Translations under genes and position numbers: made by a program
Assembly: GCA_943359525.1 (NCBI GenBank)
Contig: CALRHV010000001.1
Span: 7,181-71,180, forward strand
Direction: 5' to 3'
DNA: 64,000 nucleotides
Source of the DNA: Candidatus Uhrbacteria bacterium
GTDB lineage: Bacteria; Patescibacteriota; Patescibacteriia; UBA9934
Shown: positions 50,048 through 59,308 of the stretch, piece by piece
Position numbering within the stretch: the first letter of the stretch is position 1
Layout of the letters: the number at the start of each line of letters is the position of its first letter
The notes under the pieces: generated by a model
Databases searched by the model: none
Seen by the model: only the letters and a program-made list of their open reading frames with translations
Told to the model about the DNA's origin: nothing

Positions 50048-50385
50048 GTTCGCAGATTTCGAAACACGATAAAGGAGATGTCACGGACCAGCTCGCCACG
50101 GTCCTCGGATTCCATTGCATCAAAAAATCCCTGGCGAATCCCGTCACGATGACTGAGGTCCGAAAGAATACGTTTCGCGATTGGCTGTGGCTTGTCGAAA
50201 ATTGTGGAATCGGCAACCACAGTCCCAACAATATGCTCGAGTGACTTTTGAATCGTGACAATCTCCGACGCGCTGATTGCTGAATATTCCTCGTGAAATT
50301 CAGGAAACGTATTCAAGAATTCCAACACAGCACTAATAATCATCTGACTTCGTTCCTGCGGTGATCGTTCGACGGGTTTTGCCAT
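50044..50385 (-). CDS. Hypothetical helical protein (113 aa), convergent with SET gene
   Basis: Clean ORF with 4-nt tail overlap; no motif recognised. Confidence 0.4.
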   Translation of the reverse strand: MAKPVERSPQERSQMIISAVLEFLNTFPEFHEEYSAISASEIVTIQKSLEHIVGTVVADSTIFDKPQPIAKRILSDLSHRDGIRQGFFDAMESEDRGELVRDISFIVFRNLRT

Positions 50386-50462
50386 AGATTATTTCGTGGA
50401 CGGTATCATCTTTTCCTCCGCATCAGCAACAATGGACTCTACATACAAAACCTCAAGTTCGC

Positions 50463-51767
50463 ATGTACACTGTGAATACTATGAGAAACAACCGCGTTGC
50501 AGTCGTTGGAGCAGGGCTCGCGGGACTTACTGCCGCGTATCGGATTCTCAAGGAAGGAAAGCATATCGTCGATATTTATGAATCCCAACCAGATATTGGC
50601 GGACGAGTCCAAAGCCGAACCATCCAAGGTCAGAAGGTGGATTTTGGTGGTTTCCTCATGTATCCGTGGTATGAACATGCGCATCAACTTTTTTCCGATC
50701 TTCAGATTGCCGATATCCTCGTGAGTACCCCTCACAGTGATATCTTCTACTTCTTAGACGATTCCGGTGTTGCATTACGAGAAAATGAGATCCCATTTCC
50801 TGTTGGCGACGGACTGCGGATCTGGACGAAGTCGTTCTTTAAAATTCTTCCAAAGTCCGATCTTGCCGCACCAGACCTTGAACGATTCGAAAACAAAACA
50901 ACTTCTGAATATCTCCGATCCGTCCTTGATACTCAAGGCCATGCAGGACTTTACGAAACATTTTTCGACACGGTAAACCAGGGATACTGTTATGGACCGG
51001 TGAATCAAGGCAAGGCAGCTTTTATGATGCCGATTGTTCGGCAGATCCAGTTTCACGGAGACATTCGTACCACATCATTTTTTCCTCAAGGCGCGGAAAC
51101 GCTCACTGAACATCTCAAAAGAGAAATCTTTTCCCTTGGCGGAAATATTCACTGCAACACCTTGATTACCGGCATCGGAGAGAAAGCACTTACATCTGAA
51201 TCGAAGACATTCGATTTCGATTCCGTTGTTTTTGCGCAAAATGTATCGCACGAAATCTATCAATCGCTTCTTCCAAACATCCAGATCCAATGCACGTACA
51301 CTCGATTTATCGCCGTTGCCGTGCGACTTCCAAAAATACCAATCGTCGGCAATTCCCAAGATTGGGGCGCGGCGTTCTATGTGCCAACTGCGCAACCATC
51401 GTTTCAAACGCTTTCCATCATCAATCTTGGCGCGCTCTACGGCGCCGCTCTCGACGGCTGCGTGCTCATGAACATTGTTCTTCGCGACGACGAAACGACT
51501 ACATATACAATTGCCGACGCTACGCGCATCGCACACGCCGAACTTCACCGACTCTTTGCCGACATCCATTCCGTGGAGACGCTTGATTTCGTTCACTGGA
51601 AAACCACCATGCCTATTGCGCAAGAAGCATTCATTCACGCGGTTCGCGACGCACATGGAAAGAACGGAATCTACTTCGCAGGCGATTTTCTTGGCGCTCC
51701 GTCAATCGAAACCGCCATTGCAACCGGAGACATGGCGGCCGAAAGCGTTATCGCTGCTCTGGATTAG
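50463..51767 (+). CDS. FAD-dependent oxidoreductase, amine oxidase / protoporphyrinogen oxidase-like (alternative start at 50481)
   Basis: N-terminal Rossmann dinucleotide motif VAVVGAGLAGLTAAYRI…IYESQPDIGGR. Confidence 0.8.
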   Translation: MYTVNTMRNNRVAVVGAGLAGLTAAYRILKEGKHIVDIYESQPDIGGRVQSRTIQGQKVDFGGFLMYPWYEHAHQLFSDLQIADILVSTPHSDIFYFLDDSGVALRENEIPFPVGDGLRIWTKSFFKILPKSDLAAPDLERFENKTTSEYLRSVLDTQGHAGLYETFFDTVNQGYCYGPVNQGKAAFMMPIVRQIQFHGDIRTTSFFPQGAETLTEHLKREIFSLGGNIHCNTLITGIGEKALTSESKTFDFDSVVFAQNVSHEIYQSLLPNIQIQCTYTRFIAVAVRLPKIPIVGNSQDWGAAFYVPTAQPSFQTLSIINLGALYGAALDGCVLMNIVLRDDETTTYTIADATRIAHAELHRLFADIHSVETLDFVHWKTTMPIAQEAFIHAVRDAHGKNGIYFAGDFLGAPSIETAIATGDMAAESVIAALD

Positions 51768-52564
51768 GATTTCCGAATGCCAATCTTTCCGTTGATCGGA
51801 AGGGTGTTCATGAATGCATCTGAAACTATTTTCACCTCACTGAAATCTGCATTCCACGAAAGAAAGATTGTTTCTGTTGGGAACAAGTATCGTCCACCGT
51901 CGCGACCACAGAAATACACGTTGGGACTGTTTTGTGTACGAATCATGTCTCCTGGAGCGCACGCATCAGGATCTTTCGTGATCGTTTCGTGAACCGTTGT
52001 TTCTTCTGTTTCCGCAGCACTCGCGGCTAAAGTTTTTGTTTCCGCCTTTTGGGCAGCCTTCAGAATAGAGTACGGATTGATTGGAACATTCTTGGGATTC
52101 AGGATTTCAAAGTGCACATGTGCTCCCGTACGTTCCGCGTTCCCCGAATCACCCACGTACCCAATATGCTGACCGCGCTTCACATGAACGCCTTTCTTGA
52201 TTCCCTCGGCGTACGCGTGTTCTGGTCCGCCCAACCCGTCGTCGGTTCCTGGGGTGTCGTTGTTCAAATGCACGTAGTTGTACTGATAGCCGTCGTCGCC
52301 ACCAAGCATGATCATGAACCCGTAGCTTGGCTGTGCCATTGGAGCAAAGAGAATAACACCGTCGACTGCCGCCACCACGGGCAGCATCTTTGCCGCCATA
52401 ATATCGGTGGCGTGGTGAATGCGGCCACCACTTCGTGCCGCGGTAAAAGTGTCTGTGTACGCTACGTCACCAATCACCGGAAAGGTAATGTCGTGAACTC
52501 CCTCAGCACGCGCCGCCATCGGAAAACCTACGAGCAAAAGCACGCCCCATATCCAATACTTCAT
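51764..52564 (-). CDS. Secreted M23-family (LytM-type) metallopeptidase with C-terminal YF.GxDG.R…F module (ATG two codons inside TTG-initiated ORF)
   Basis: Signal peptide; HxxxD (HHATD) and HVHFE motifs; C-terminal about 60 aa similar to the C-terminal domains of 53576..54685 and 57171..58310. Confidence 0.8.
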   Translation of the reverse strand: MKYWIWGVLLLVGFPMAARAEGVHDITFPVIGDVAYTDTFTAARSGGRIHHATDIMAAKMLPVVAAVDGVILFAPMAQPSYGFMIMLGGDDGYQYNYVHLNNDTPGTDDGLGGPEHAYAEGIKKGVHVKRGQHIGYVGDSGNAERTGAHVHFEILNPKNVPINPYSILKAAQKAETKTLAASAAETEETTVHETITKDPDACAPGDMIRTQNSPNVYFCGRDGGRYLFPTETIFLSWNADFSEVKIVSDAFMNTLPINGKIGIRKS

Positions 52565-52690
52565 AGGCAACTAGTGTATCGCTTTTGTCAACATTTTAAA
52601 AGAAAACATGTGGACACGATGGTGATATTCCCATAGACAGAACGGACGACATCAGCTACACTTCCCCGTCCGATTTCACATGGAGATTCA

Positions 52691-53482
52691 TTGGCAACTC
52701 GCATCATTCCTCTCGACCTCAGCAATGAGGACGTTCTACAAGAATTCGAAACGCAACAGCACGCCTTCTGGCGCGGCAACTGCATCTCCTTCGCGGCCGC
52801 CGTCCATCGCATCACTGGCTGGGAGGTGATCGCCATCGACACCGATCAATACCAATTTTCGCACTGCGGCGTTCGTTCGCCGGAAGGGGTGATCTGGGAT
52901 GGGCGCGGGCCGGTGACGGCGGAACTGTTCATCGAAGGCCACGTGAGCACGGTTCCGGAAGCATTCCGCGTTCCAGCGTGGGACGAGCTGAAAACGGTAT
53001 GGCCGGCGGTCGACCTCCCCGGCACCGAACGCATCGTCTCGCAGATGTTCCCTCACCTCCCCCACCTGCCGTCCAGCGATCGTTCGCGAAACCTCACCTT
53101 CATGGACCGCGTGGAGGCATTAAGCCGACGGTGCAACGTGTGGATTCGTGGAGCACACGCTCCGCACATGAGGCCGGTGATCGGCGAGGCGTTCGGAGAG
53201 GAAGTCGGCTACCGAGCAGCAAAGACTGATGGGCGTATCACGATGGATCGAATGCTTCGGTCGGATGTGGTGCGGGGGCCCAGCCACCTCTCACAACCGT
53301 TCGACCGGTTCCTCGGAGAACTTGCCAATCTCAGCCATCAGCACGGACTGTGGATCCGCGCCGGGCTGCCCACCACGTGGCCAAGAATCGTGCGGCTCGA
53401 TCCGGAGCGCATCAACGCCAACACGCACTACGTGATGCGTCAGACCGACAACGCAGCGGGATTTCTCATCACGCTCCCCTGA
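52691..53482 (+). CDS. Hypothetical protein, strongly GC-rich (about 62%) gene, TTG start
   Basis: 263-aa ORF with own terminator downstream; atypical composition. Confidence 0.45.
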   Translation: MATRIIPLDLSNEDVLQEFETQQHAFWRGNCISFAAAVHRITGWEVIAIDTDQYQFSHCGVRSPEGVIWDGRGPVTAELFIEGHVSTVPEAFRVPAWDELKTVWPAVDLPGTERIVSQMFPHLPHLPSSDRSRNLTFMDRVEALSRRCNVWIRGAHAPHMRPVIGEAFGEEVGYRAAKTDGRITMDRMLRSDVVRGPSHLSQPFDRFLGELANLSHQHGLWIRAGLPTTWPRIVRLDPERINANTHYVMRQTDNAAGFLITLP

Positions 53483-53488
53483 AACGCG

Positions 53489-53525
53489 AAGGCCGCCCTC
53501 ACCGGCGGCCTTCATGCTTTTTCAT
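53489..53525 (+). terminator. Rho-independent terminator
   Basis: aaggccgcc-ctcacc-ggcggcctt then catgcttttt. Confidence 0.7.
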
Positions 53526-53575
53526 CCACAGAAATGCGTTGACAGCTGGGTGGAACAGGCATGAAATGACTGTAT

Positions 53576-54685
53576 ATGACAAATCTTTTCCTCCGTAAGG
53601 TGCTCGGAGTTACAACAATCTTCGCAATGTTCCTTACTTTTGTTCCGCTTTCTGCCAGCGCCTCCTGGCTTGGCGCACCAAGTAACGTCACGCTCGAAGA
53701 TGGCATTTACACAAATGACACCACGCCAACCGCCACCTGGACTCGTCCAGCTAACGCAACGTGGTACCAAGTTCTTGTCGACAACGGCGAGTGGCAAAAC
53801 CTGTCCAACGTTGGTTCGTACACGCTGTTAACGCAAACAAACGGCTGGCATACGTTCTACGTTCGCGCTCGTGGCAATAACAACACCGTGAGCACATCGG
53901 GATCCGTCACCTTCGAAATCGACACCATCGGCCCAACAGTCTCGACGGTATCTCCCTCATCGGCGATCGAGGATGTATCAACCGCGTTCTCAATTTCAAC
54001 CTCTGGCGAAGCTGCAACATCGTTCTGTGATCTGTACGTTAGTGGATCGTTCACTGGATCGATGACGAAAAGTGGGTCAACCTTCAGTAAGTCCTACACG
54101 TTTGCGAATGACGGAAGCTATACCGTATACGCACGCTGCACCGATGGCGACGGCAACTCCACCACGGGAACATCGCGCACCGTAACCGTGAGCAACCAAT
54201 CAACCACATACACCGGCGCAGTTCGCGGATCGCTCATCAAAATTCCTTGCGGCGTGTACGCACGAACGTCGGAAACGTGTAAGGCGGTGTACTACTTCGG
54301 CAACGACGGCAAGCGCCATGTGTTCGCAAACGAAAGCGTGTTCTACACGTGGTACTCCGATTTTGACGACGTGGTGAACGTAAGCCAAGACTTCATGTCG
54401 TCACTGACGATCGGGAAAAATGTCACATATCGCCCAGGAAGCGTCGTCGTAAAATTCGACAGCTCATCCAAGGTGTACGCCATTCAAGCGGATCACACGC
54501 TTCGTCACTACACCACACTCTCGCTCCTGAAATCCGATTACGGTACATACTGGACGAACGTTCTCGCGAAAGTTCCAGATTCCCTCTACAGCAACTACAC
54601 CATCGGCTCCGTGATCGACAACGTCCGAGACTACGACCGCGACGATGCGTACTATTCCGTCGACTCCATCGACGACGTGCTCTAA
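53576..54685 (+). CDS. Secreted Ig-like/fibronectin-like repeat protein, paralogue A
   Basis: Signal peptide MTNLFLRKVLGVTTIFAMFLTFVPLSASA. Beta-rich repeats (…TWTRPANATWYQVLVDNGEWQ…FEIDTIGPTVS…). About 45% identical to 57171..58310. Confidence 0.65.
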   Translation: MTNLFLRKVLGVTTIFAMFLTFVPLSASASWLGAPSNVTLEDGIYTNDTTPTATWTRPANATWYQVLVDNGEWQNLSNVGSYTLLTQTNGWHTFYVRARGNNNTVSTSGSVTFEIDTIGPTVSTVSPSSAIEDVSTAFSISTSGEAATSFCDLYVSGSFTGSMTKSGSTFSKSYTFANDGSYTVYARCTDGDGNSTTGTSRTVTVSNQSTTYTGAVRGSLIKIPCGVYARTSETCKAVYYFGNDGKRHVFANESVFYTWYSDFDDVVNVSQDFMSSLTIGKNVTYRPGSVVVKFDSSSKVYAIQADHTLRHYTTLSLLKSDYGTYWTNVLAKVPDSLYSNYTIGSVIDNVRDYDRDDAYYSVDSIDDVL

Positions 54686-54707
54686 ACGCGATCGATCAGA
54701 TCGGCAA

Positions 54708-54733
54708 GACACCAAAACCGGCTCTGCGCCGGT
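54708..54733 (+). terminator. Rho-independent terminator
   Basis: caaaaccggc-tctgc-gccggttttg. Confidence 0.7.
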
Positions 54734-54764
54734 TTTGTGATTGCAATTTGTTATACTGCTCTGC

Positions 54765-55907
54765 ATGAAGATCGCAACAAATGTTCATCGTGATGCTTTT
54801 GGCGGAATTACCATTTCAAACCTCGCATTATTTGATTGGCTCAAAGACAAGGACACCACGATTGTTGGTATTGAGTACATCAATTCCCGCCATTTTCTTG
54901 GAGCAGTCATTTTTCGTCACTATCTTCCCTCATTTTTTAGTCATCACATCATTAATGGCATCGACATTGTTCCTCGCTATTCATGGGAGACAACATCGAA
55001 CATAAAAAAACGATGGAGAGTACTTATCGAAACAACAAAAAAAGTATTACAGCAAGAGGCGCCGGACGTTGTATTGATTAACGGAACCTATTCTTCCCCG
55101 TGGATTCTGGCTCAAGCGGCTCATGAACTTGGCATTCCTATTGTTTTACGATATGCAGGAGTACTGCAAAAAGAGGTTGTGCATAAAGGATATTTCGTTC
55201 GCAGGCGCCTTTTAGGCTATGAACGATGGATCGTTTCCAGCGCGACGGCGATTATTTTTCCCTCTGCTCTCTGTAAAAAAGTTGTTGAAGAAGACGTTCT
55301 CAAACACGTCGTATCGCAGGGCGTCATTATTCCGAATCCCGTGAGCGCTCTTGGTGCGATGCGGAGAAGAACAAAAAAGAGTCGCTTTACCATTGCCACG
55401 ATTGGACGCTGGACCCCAATTAAAAATTTCCAAGCTTTCATTGCCCTCCACACAAAACTTCTTAAAGACCGATGGCCGCATCGTGCGGTGATGGTCACGT
55501 CGTACTGGGACAATAAATTTGGCATTCCAGAAACCATCGAGCGAAAGGAGCCGATGAGTCAGGAAGATCTTCGGAAATTTTACCAATCCATTGATCTCCT
55601 TGTTGTCCCTTCTCATTTTGAAACATTCTGTAACGTTGCCGCTGAGGCATTGGTTCATGGATCTTCAGTGCTCGTTTCCGAAAATGTCGGCTTTGCGGAA
55701 GTACTGAAACAGGCCGGGCTCGGACGCATGGTTATTCCGTCATTCGAAAATCCCGCAATAGTTGCCACTGCAGTCAAACGCATCGCAAAAACGACTCTCA
55801 CAAAAAAGGAACGAGATGCCGTCGCACGTATTGTGCGTCCTCAAGAAATTCACGAAAATATTATTCGTGTCTTGGAATTGGTTCTTAAGGGCGAATTACT
55901 CAAGTAG
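54765..55907 (+). CDS. Glycosyltransferase family 4 (GT-B)
   Basis: C-terminal …VVPSHFETFCNVAAEALVHGSSVLVSENVG… EX7E-like motif. Confidence 0.8.
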   Translation: MKIATNVHRDAFGGITISNLALFDWLKDKDTTIVGIEYINSRHFLGAVIFRHYLPSFFSHHIINGIDIVPRYSWETTSNIKKRWRVLIETTKKVLQQEAPDVVLINGTYSSPWILAQAAHELGIPIVLRYAGVLQKEVVHKGYFVRRRLLGYERWIVSSATAIIFPSALCKKVVEEDVLKHVVSQGVIIPNPVSALGAMRRRTKKSRFTIATIGRWTPIKNFQAFIALHTKLLKDRWPHRAVMVTSYWDNKFGIPETIERKEPMSQEDLRKFYQSIDLLVVPSHFETFCNVAAEALVHGSSVLVSENVGFAEVLKQAGLGRMVIPSFENPAIVATAVKRIAKTTLTKKERDAVARIVRPQEIHENIIRVLELVLKGELLK

Positions 55908-56043
55908 CACTCCCGGATTTCTCCGGGAGTGCGTGGCACATGTTAGTGCGTTCCTTGGTTGTACAATTTGAGCGCGTAGTCAGACCACCACGCTCCGGCG
56001 CTCGGGCCGCCACTGCAGTTGCCGTCGGAATCGCCTGGTGCTT

Positions 56044-56505
56044 TCACCCATAATCCTGCATCTTGATATCACTGACGGCTTTCATGAATTCGTCGTAATG
56101 TGCTGCGATCATCGAACGATTGATAGTGTAGCCGAGCGTGATGTGCTGACTCAGGACTTTTGTAGCCCATTGACGGAATTTGGTTGCTCGTTGGGAATTC
56201 ACCCGGTATCCAACAGAAATAATCACGTCGAGATTGTAGTACTCAATTTCACGTGTTACTTCGCGTTTGCCTTCCTTTTGAACTGTTGCGATTTTTGCAA
56301 CAGTTGCCTTTTGGCCAAGTTCGCCACTTTCAAAAATATTCTGGATATGACGAGAGACACCGGATTTATCCGTATCAAAAAGATCAGCCATTTGCTGAAG
56401 ACTGGCCCAAAGCGTTTGTTTTTTTGTATCTGTGCGCAGCTCGATAGCTCCGGATTTCGCCTGATAAACAGCGAGCTGATTCGTGATATTCCTCTTGGAT
56501 TTCAT
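56044..56505 (-). CDS. RhuM-family protein (virulence-associated / Fic-DOC neighbourhood family), N-terminal conserved domain only
   Basis: …GAIELRTDTKKQTLWASLQQMADLFDTDKSGVSRHIQNIFESGEL…YYNLDVIISVGYRVNSQRATKFRQWATKVL… matches RhuM core. Confidence 0.75.
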   Translation of the reverse strand: MKSKRNITNQLAVYQAKSGAIELRTDTKKQTLWASLQQMADLFDTDKSGVSRHIQNIFESGELGQKATVAKIATVQKEGKREVTREIEYYNLDVIISVGYRVNSQRATKFRQWATKVLSQHITLGYTINRSMIAAHYDEFMKAVSDIKMQDYG

Positions 56506-56551
56506 ACGGAGGCATTATAACAAAATCCCAGCATTTCTGCTGAGATTTCGT

Positions 56552-56626
56552 TGGCTCCGGGGGTGGGGATCGAACCCACGACCTGAGGATTAACAGTCCT
56601 TCGCTCTGCCGCTGAGCTACCCCGGA
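56552..56626 (-). tRNA. tRNA-Asn (anticodon GTT), CCA encoded (coordinates approximate within 2 nt)
   Basis: Own fold: acceptor TCCGGGG/CCCCGGA, D-arm GCTC…GAGC, anticodon loop CTGTTAA, T-arm GTGGG-TTCGATC-CCCAC, discriminator G, CCA. Confidence 0.85.
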
Positions 56627-56728
56627 ACGAATAATGAACGGGGGCAGAATATCATGATTGGCGCAGAGGATCAAGCGGGTGTGCCCACAGAGCCAGGCCG
56701 TCTTCGTGTTAAAATACGAACATATCCT

Positions 56729-57118
56729 ATGCAAAAATCTACCATATTCGGCATCAAGGTCAGCGTCGGCTCAACACTTCTCCTCTTCGCGCTCGTTGTT
56801 CTCTCCTATTACGTCCTCGGCGAAGGATATCGCGAAGCTATTCACAATAAGGTTTTTATAGGTGCGTACACAACCGTTCTCTCTTTCCTCACCGCGCTAT
56901 TCACCGCAAATACTCTGTTAAAGAATTCAAAGCTCTCAAAACAAGAGGCTATCGATCACCTGAATCGAGGCTGGCGGGTATATGCAGGAATTGCGGCGAT
57001 CTTCTTTTTTATCAACTTCAACCAGGCACTGATGAATGGACCGATCTTCACCTTGTTCTCAATTCTCTCAATCGCCGCTGGTTCTGCAGCGTTCTTTGTT
57101 CTGAGGGCTCGACAGTAA
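56729..57118 (+). CDS. Small hypothetical membrane protein (4 TM helices)
   Basis: Hydropathy. Confidence 0.45.
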   Translation: MQKSTIFGIKVSVGSTLLLFALVVLSYYVLGEGYREAIHNKVFIGAYTTVLSFLTALFTANTLLKNSKLSKQEAIDHLNRGWRVYAGIAAIFFFINFNQALMNGPIFTLFSILSIAAGSAAFFVLRARQ

Positions 57119-57170
57119 ACAAAAAAGACGAAGCATTGCTGCCCCGTCTTTTTCTCATCGTGATCGATGA

Positions 57171-58310
57171 TTAGTCGATAACGACGCCATTGTCCCAGTT
57201 CTGATCAATGGTAGTTGTTCCGTAAAATTCCTTTGTTTTGCTGTAATCGGCAGAGGAATAAATCTTGCTGCCGATGGTGTAGTTGTTCCAATATGCCTGC
57301 GGAAGCGTCACAACGTAACTCGTCCAGCGCGAACCGTAAATGGCCTTTGCTGCAGCTTCATTAACAATGGGACGGAGCACCTGACCATCGGCCACCGCGT
57401 ACACCGTGCTGGAATTTGAGAATTTCACAAGCGACGTGCCAGGACGATACGTCACATTCCGGCCGCTCGGCATATTATTAAGTGTTGCCTTACTCACGAT
57501 GATCACGTTCGAAAACGAACTGTACCAGGTTTTGTACACGCTTTCTGATGGGAAAAGGTGCTTCTTACCGTCCAAACCGTAGTAATACACGATATGACAA
57601 TCGTCAGAAGTTGGCGCGTATGATCCGCACTGGGTCTTCACCACTGTTCCCTTTACGACGTTCGCGACCGGATAGTCGTCATACAAAATGACGCCCTTGC
57701 TCACACCAACAAACGATACCGGGCCGTTGCTCCAATTATTATCAGCATCAACACACGTTGACTGAATAACATTGCGTCCAAGCGCGTTCAAGGTGACGCT
57801 CTGAGACCATCTCGATCCATCGATCGCCATCCGCTCACCGAGCGTGCCGTTCACACGGAGTTTGCAATACTGCACCGGAGCCTCTCCCGATGTTGTCACA
57901 TAAAAACGCGTTAAGACTCCAGCTACTGCAGTGGTCGGAGTAACAACCGACACCACTGGCCCCTGCGTATCGATCTCAAAGGTCAGCCCAGAGGAAACGC
58001 TTACGCCGTTCACGCTGTCGTGGGAACGAACGTAGAAGGTGTGCCATCCGGTTGTGAGGGTGTTGTATGTATACGTAGAAACGTTGCCGATTCCAGCCCA
58101 TTCGCCGTTGTCGAGCAACACTTCGTACCAGGTTGCGCCCGCTGAAGGCGTCCAGGTGAAGGTTGGGGTAACGTCATTGGTGTACTTTCCGCCAACAATC
58201 GCAAGGTTTACTGGAGCTACAGGAGCCGCAAATGCTGGCAACGCTGGGCCGAACACCGAACCAATAATCATCACCGCTACTGCGAAACGTGACACAAGCG
58301 TCTTTTGCAT
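57171..58310 (-). CDS. Secreted Ig-like/fibronectin-like repeat protein, paralogue B (inverted relative to A)
   Basis: Signal peptide …AVMIIGSVFGPALPAFAAP; collinear similarity to paralogue A throughout. Confidence 0.65.
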   Translation of the reverse strand: MQKTLVSRFAVAVMIIGSVFGPALPAFAAPVAPVNLAIVGGKYTNDVTPTFTWTPSAGATWYEVLLDNGEWAGIGNVSTYTYNTLTTGWHTFYVRSHDSVNGVSVSSGLTFEIDTQGPVVSVVTPTTAVAGVLTRFYVTTSGEAPVQYCKLRVNGTLGERMAIDGSRWSQSVTLNALGRNVIQSTCVDADNNWSNGPVSFVGVSKGVILYDDYPVANVVKGTVVKTQCGSYAPTSDDCHIVYYYGLDGKKHLFPSESVYKTWYSSFSNVIIVSKATLNNMPSGRNVTYRPGTSLVKFSNSSTVYAVADGQVLRPIVNEAAAKAIYGSRWTSYVVTLPQAYWNNYTIGSKIYSSADYSKTKEFYGTTTIDQNWDNGVVID

Positions 58311-58405
58311 AGTTGAATGACCCTCCGATTACTTTTCTATTGATATTGCACGTTATTTAGGCACTTCTGTCAATAATTTCAGGGGTAGGCTATCCTTACG
58401 CGACT

Positions 58406-59302
58406 ATGAATCCACTCTCAATCCAACACGTTTCAAAAACGTACAAAACACCCAAAAAAGAAGATTTGTTGGCCGTGGACGACGTTTCGCTCGTTATTGC
58501 CCCTGGAAGCATTCATGGGCTGCTCGGCCCCAATGGCGCCGGAAAATCCACGCTCATCAGCCTTATTGCCGGAATCAATACGCCAACACATGGTTCAATT
58601 ACGCTTTTCGGCCTTGATGTGATCAAAAACCCCGAGGCCGCAAAAGGGCTCATCGGCGTTGTCCCACAGGAGGTGGTGGTGGAAATGGCTTTCACTGTTC
58701 AAGAAGTGCTGTATTACTTTTCTGGAATGTACGGCGTACCACAGGCCCAGCGACAAGCGCGAATCGACCAAGCACTTGACGACCTCCAACTCACAGAAAA
58801 GAAACACGAAAAAGCAAAGAATCTTTCCGGCGGAATGAAACGTAGGCTGATGATCGCAAAGGCGATTCTTCATCAACCAAAATTACTCATCCTCGACGAA
58901 CCAACAGCGGGCGTCGACGTCGCGTTGCGACAAAAGATCTGGGAACTCGTCCGCAGGCTCAACGCATCCGGCACAACGATTCTCTTTACCACGCACTATC
59001 TTGAAGAAGCCGAACAGCTTTGTGATGCGATTACGCTCGTGAATCATGGAAAGGTGATCAAGGAAGGAAAGCTTAAGGATATTCAGCAGGAATTCTCCAA
59101 GAACATCATTCACTTTGAGCTGTTTAATAAATCTGTTTCACATCCAAGCGACGTTGTTGCTACCGGTTCTGAATTCGAATTCCCGATGACGAATCTTGCG
59201 CAAGACATGAACATGATCACCACGCATTACGGCGATAATCTCAAAAATATTCGAAGCGAAGCTGCATCGCTTGAGCAGATCTTCCTGACGCTGACGAAAT
59301 AA
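58406..59302 (+). CDS. ABC transporter ATP-binding protein (ABC-2 exporter type)
   Basis: Walker A GPNGAGKST, LSGGMKRR, Walker B LILDEPT. Confidence 0.9.
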   Translation: MNPLSIQHVSKTYKTPKKEDLLAVDDVSLVIAPGSIHGLLGPNGAGKSTLISLIAGINTPTHGSITLFGLDVIKNPEAAKGLIGVVPQEVVVEMAFTVQEVLYYFSGMYGVPQAQRQARIDQALDDLQLTEKKHEKAKNLSGGMKRRLMIAKAILHQPKLLILDEPTAGVDVALRQKIWELVRRLNASGTTILFTTHYLEEAEQLCDAITLVNHGKVIKEGKLKDIQQEFSKNIIHFELFNKSVSHPSDVVATGSEFEFPMTNLAQDMNMITTHYGDNLKNIRSEAASLEQIFLTLTK

Positions 59303-59308
59303 TTCTCT

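Noticed and set aside
50463-50480. Choice between ATG 50463 and ATG 50481 for the FAD oxidoreductase
   Set aside because: Both are in frame and six codons apart. This cannot be resolved from sequence alone, so the longer was reported with a note.
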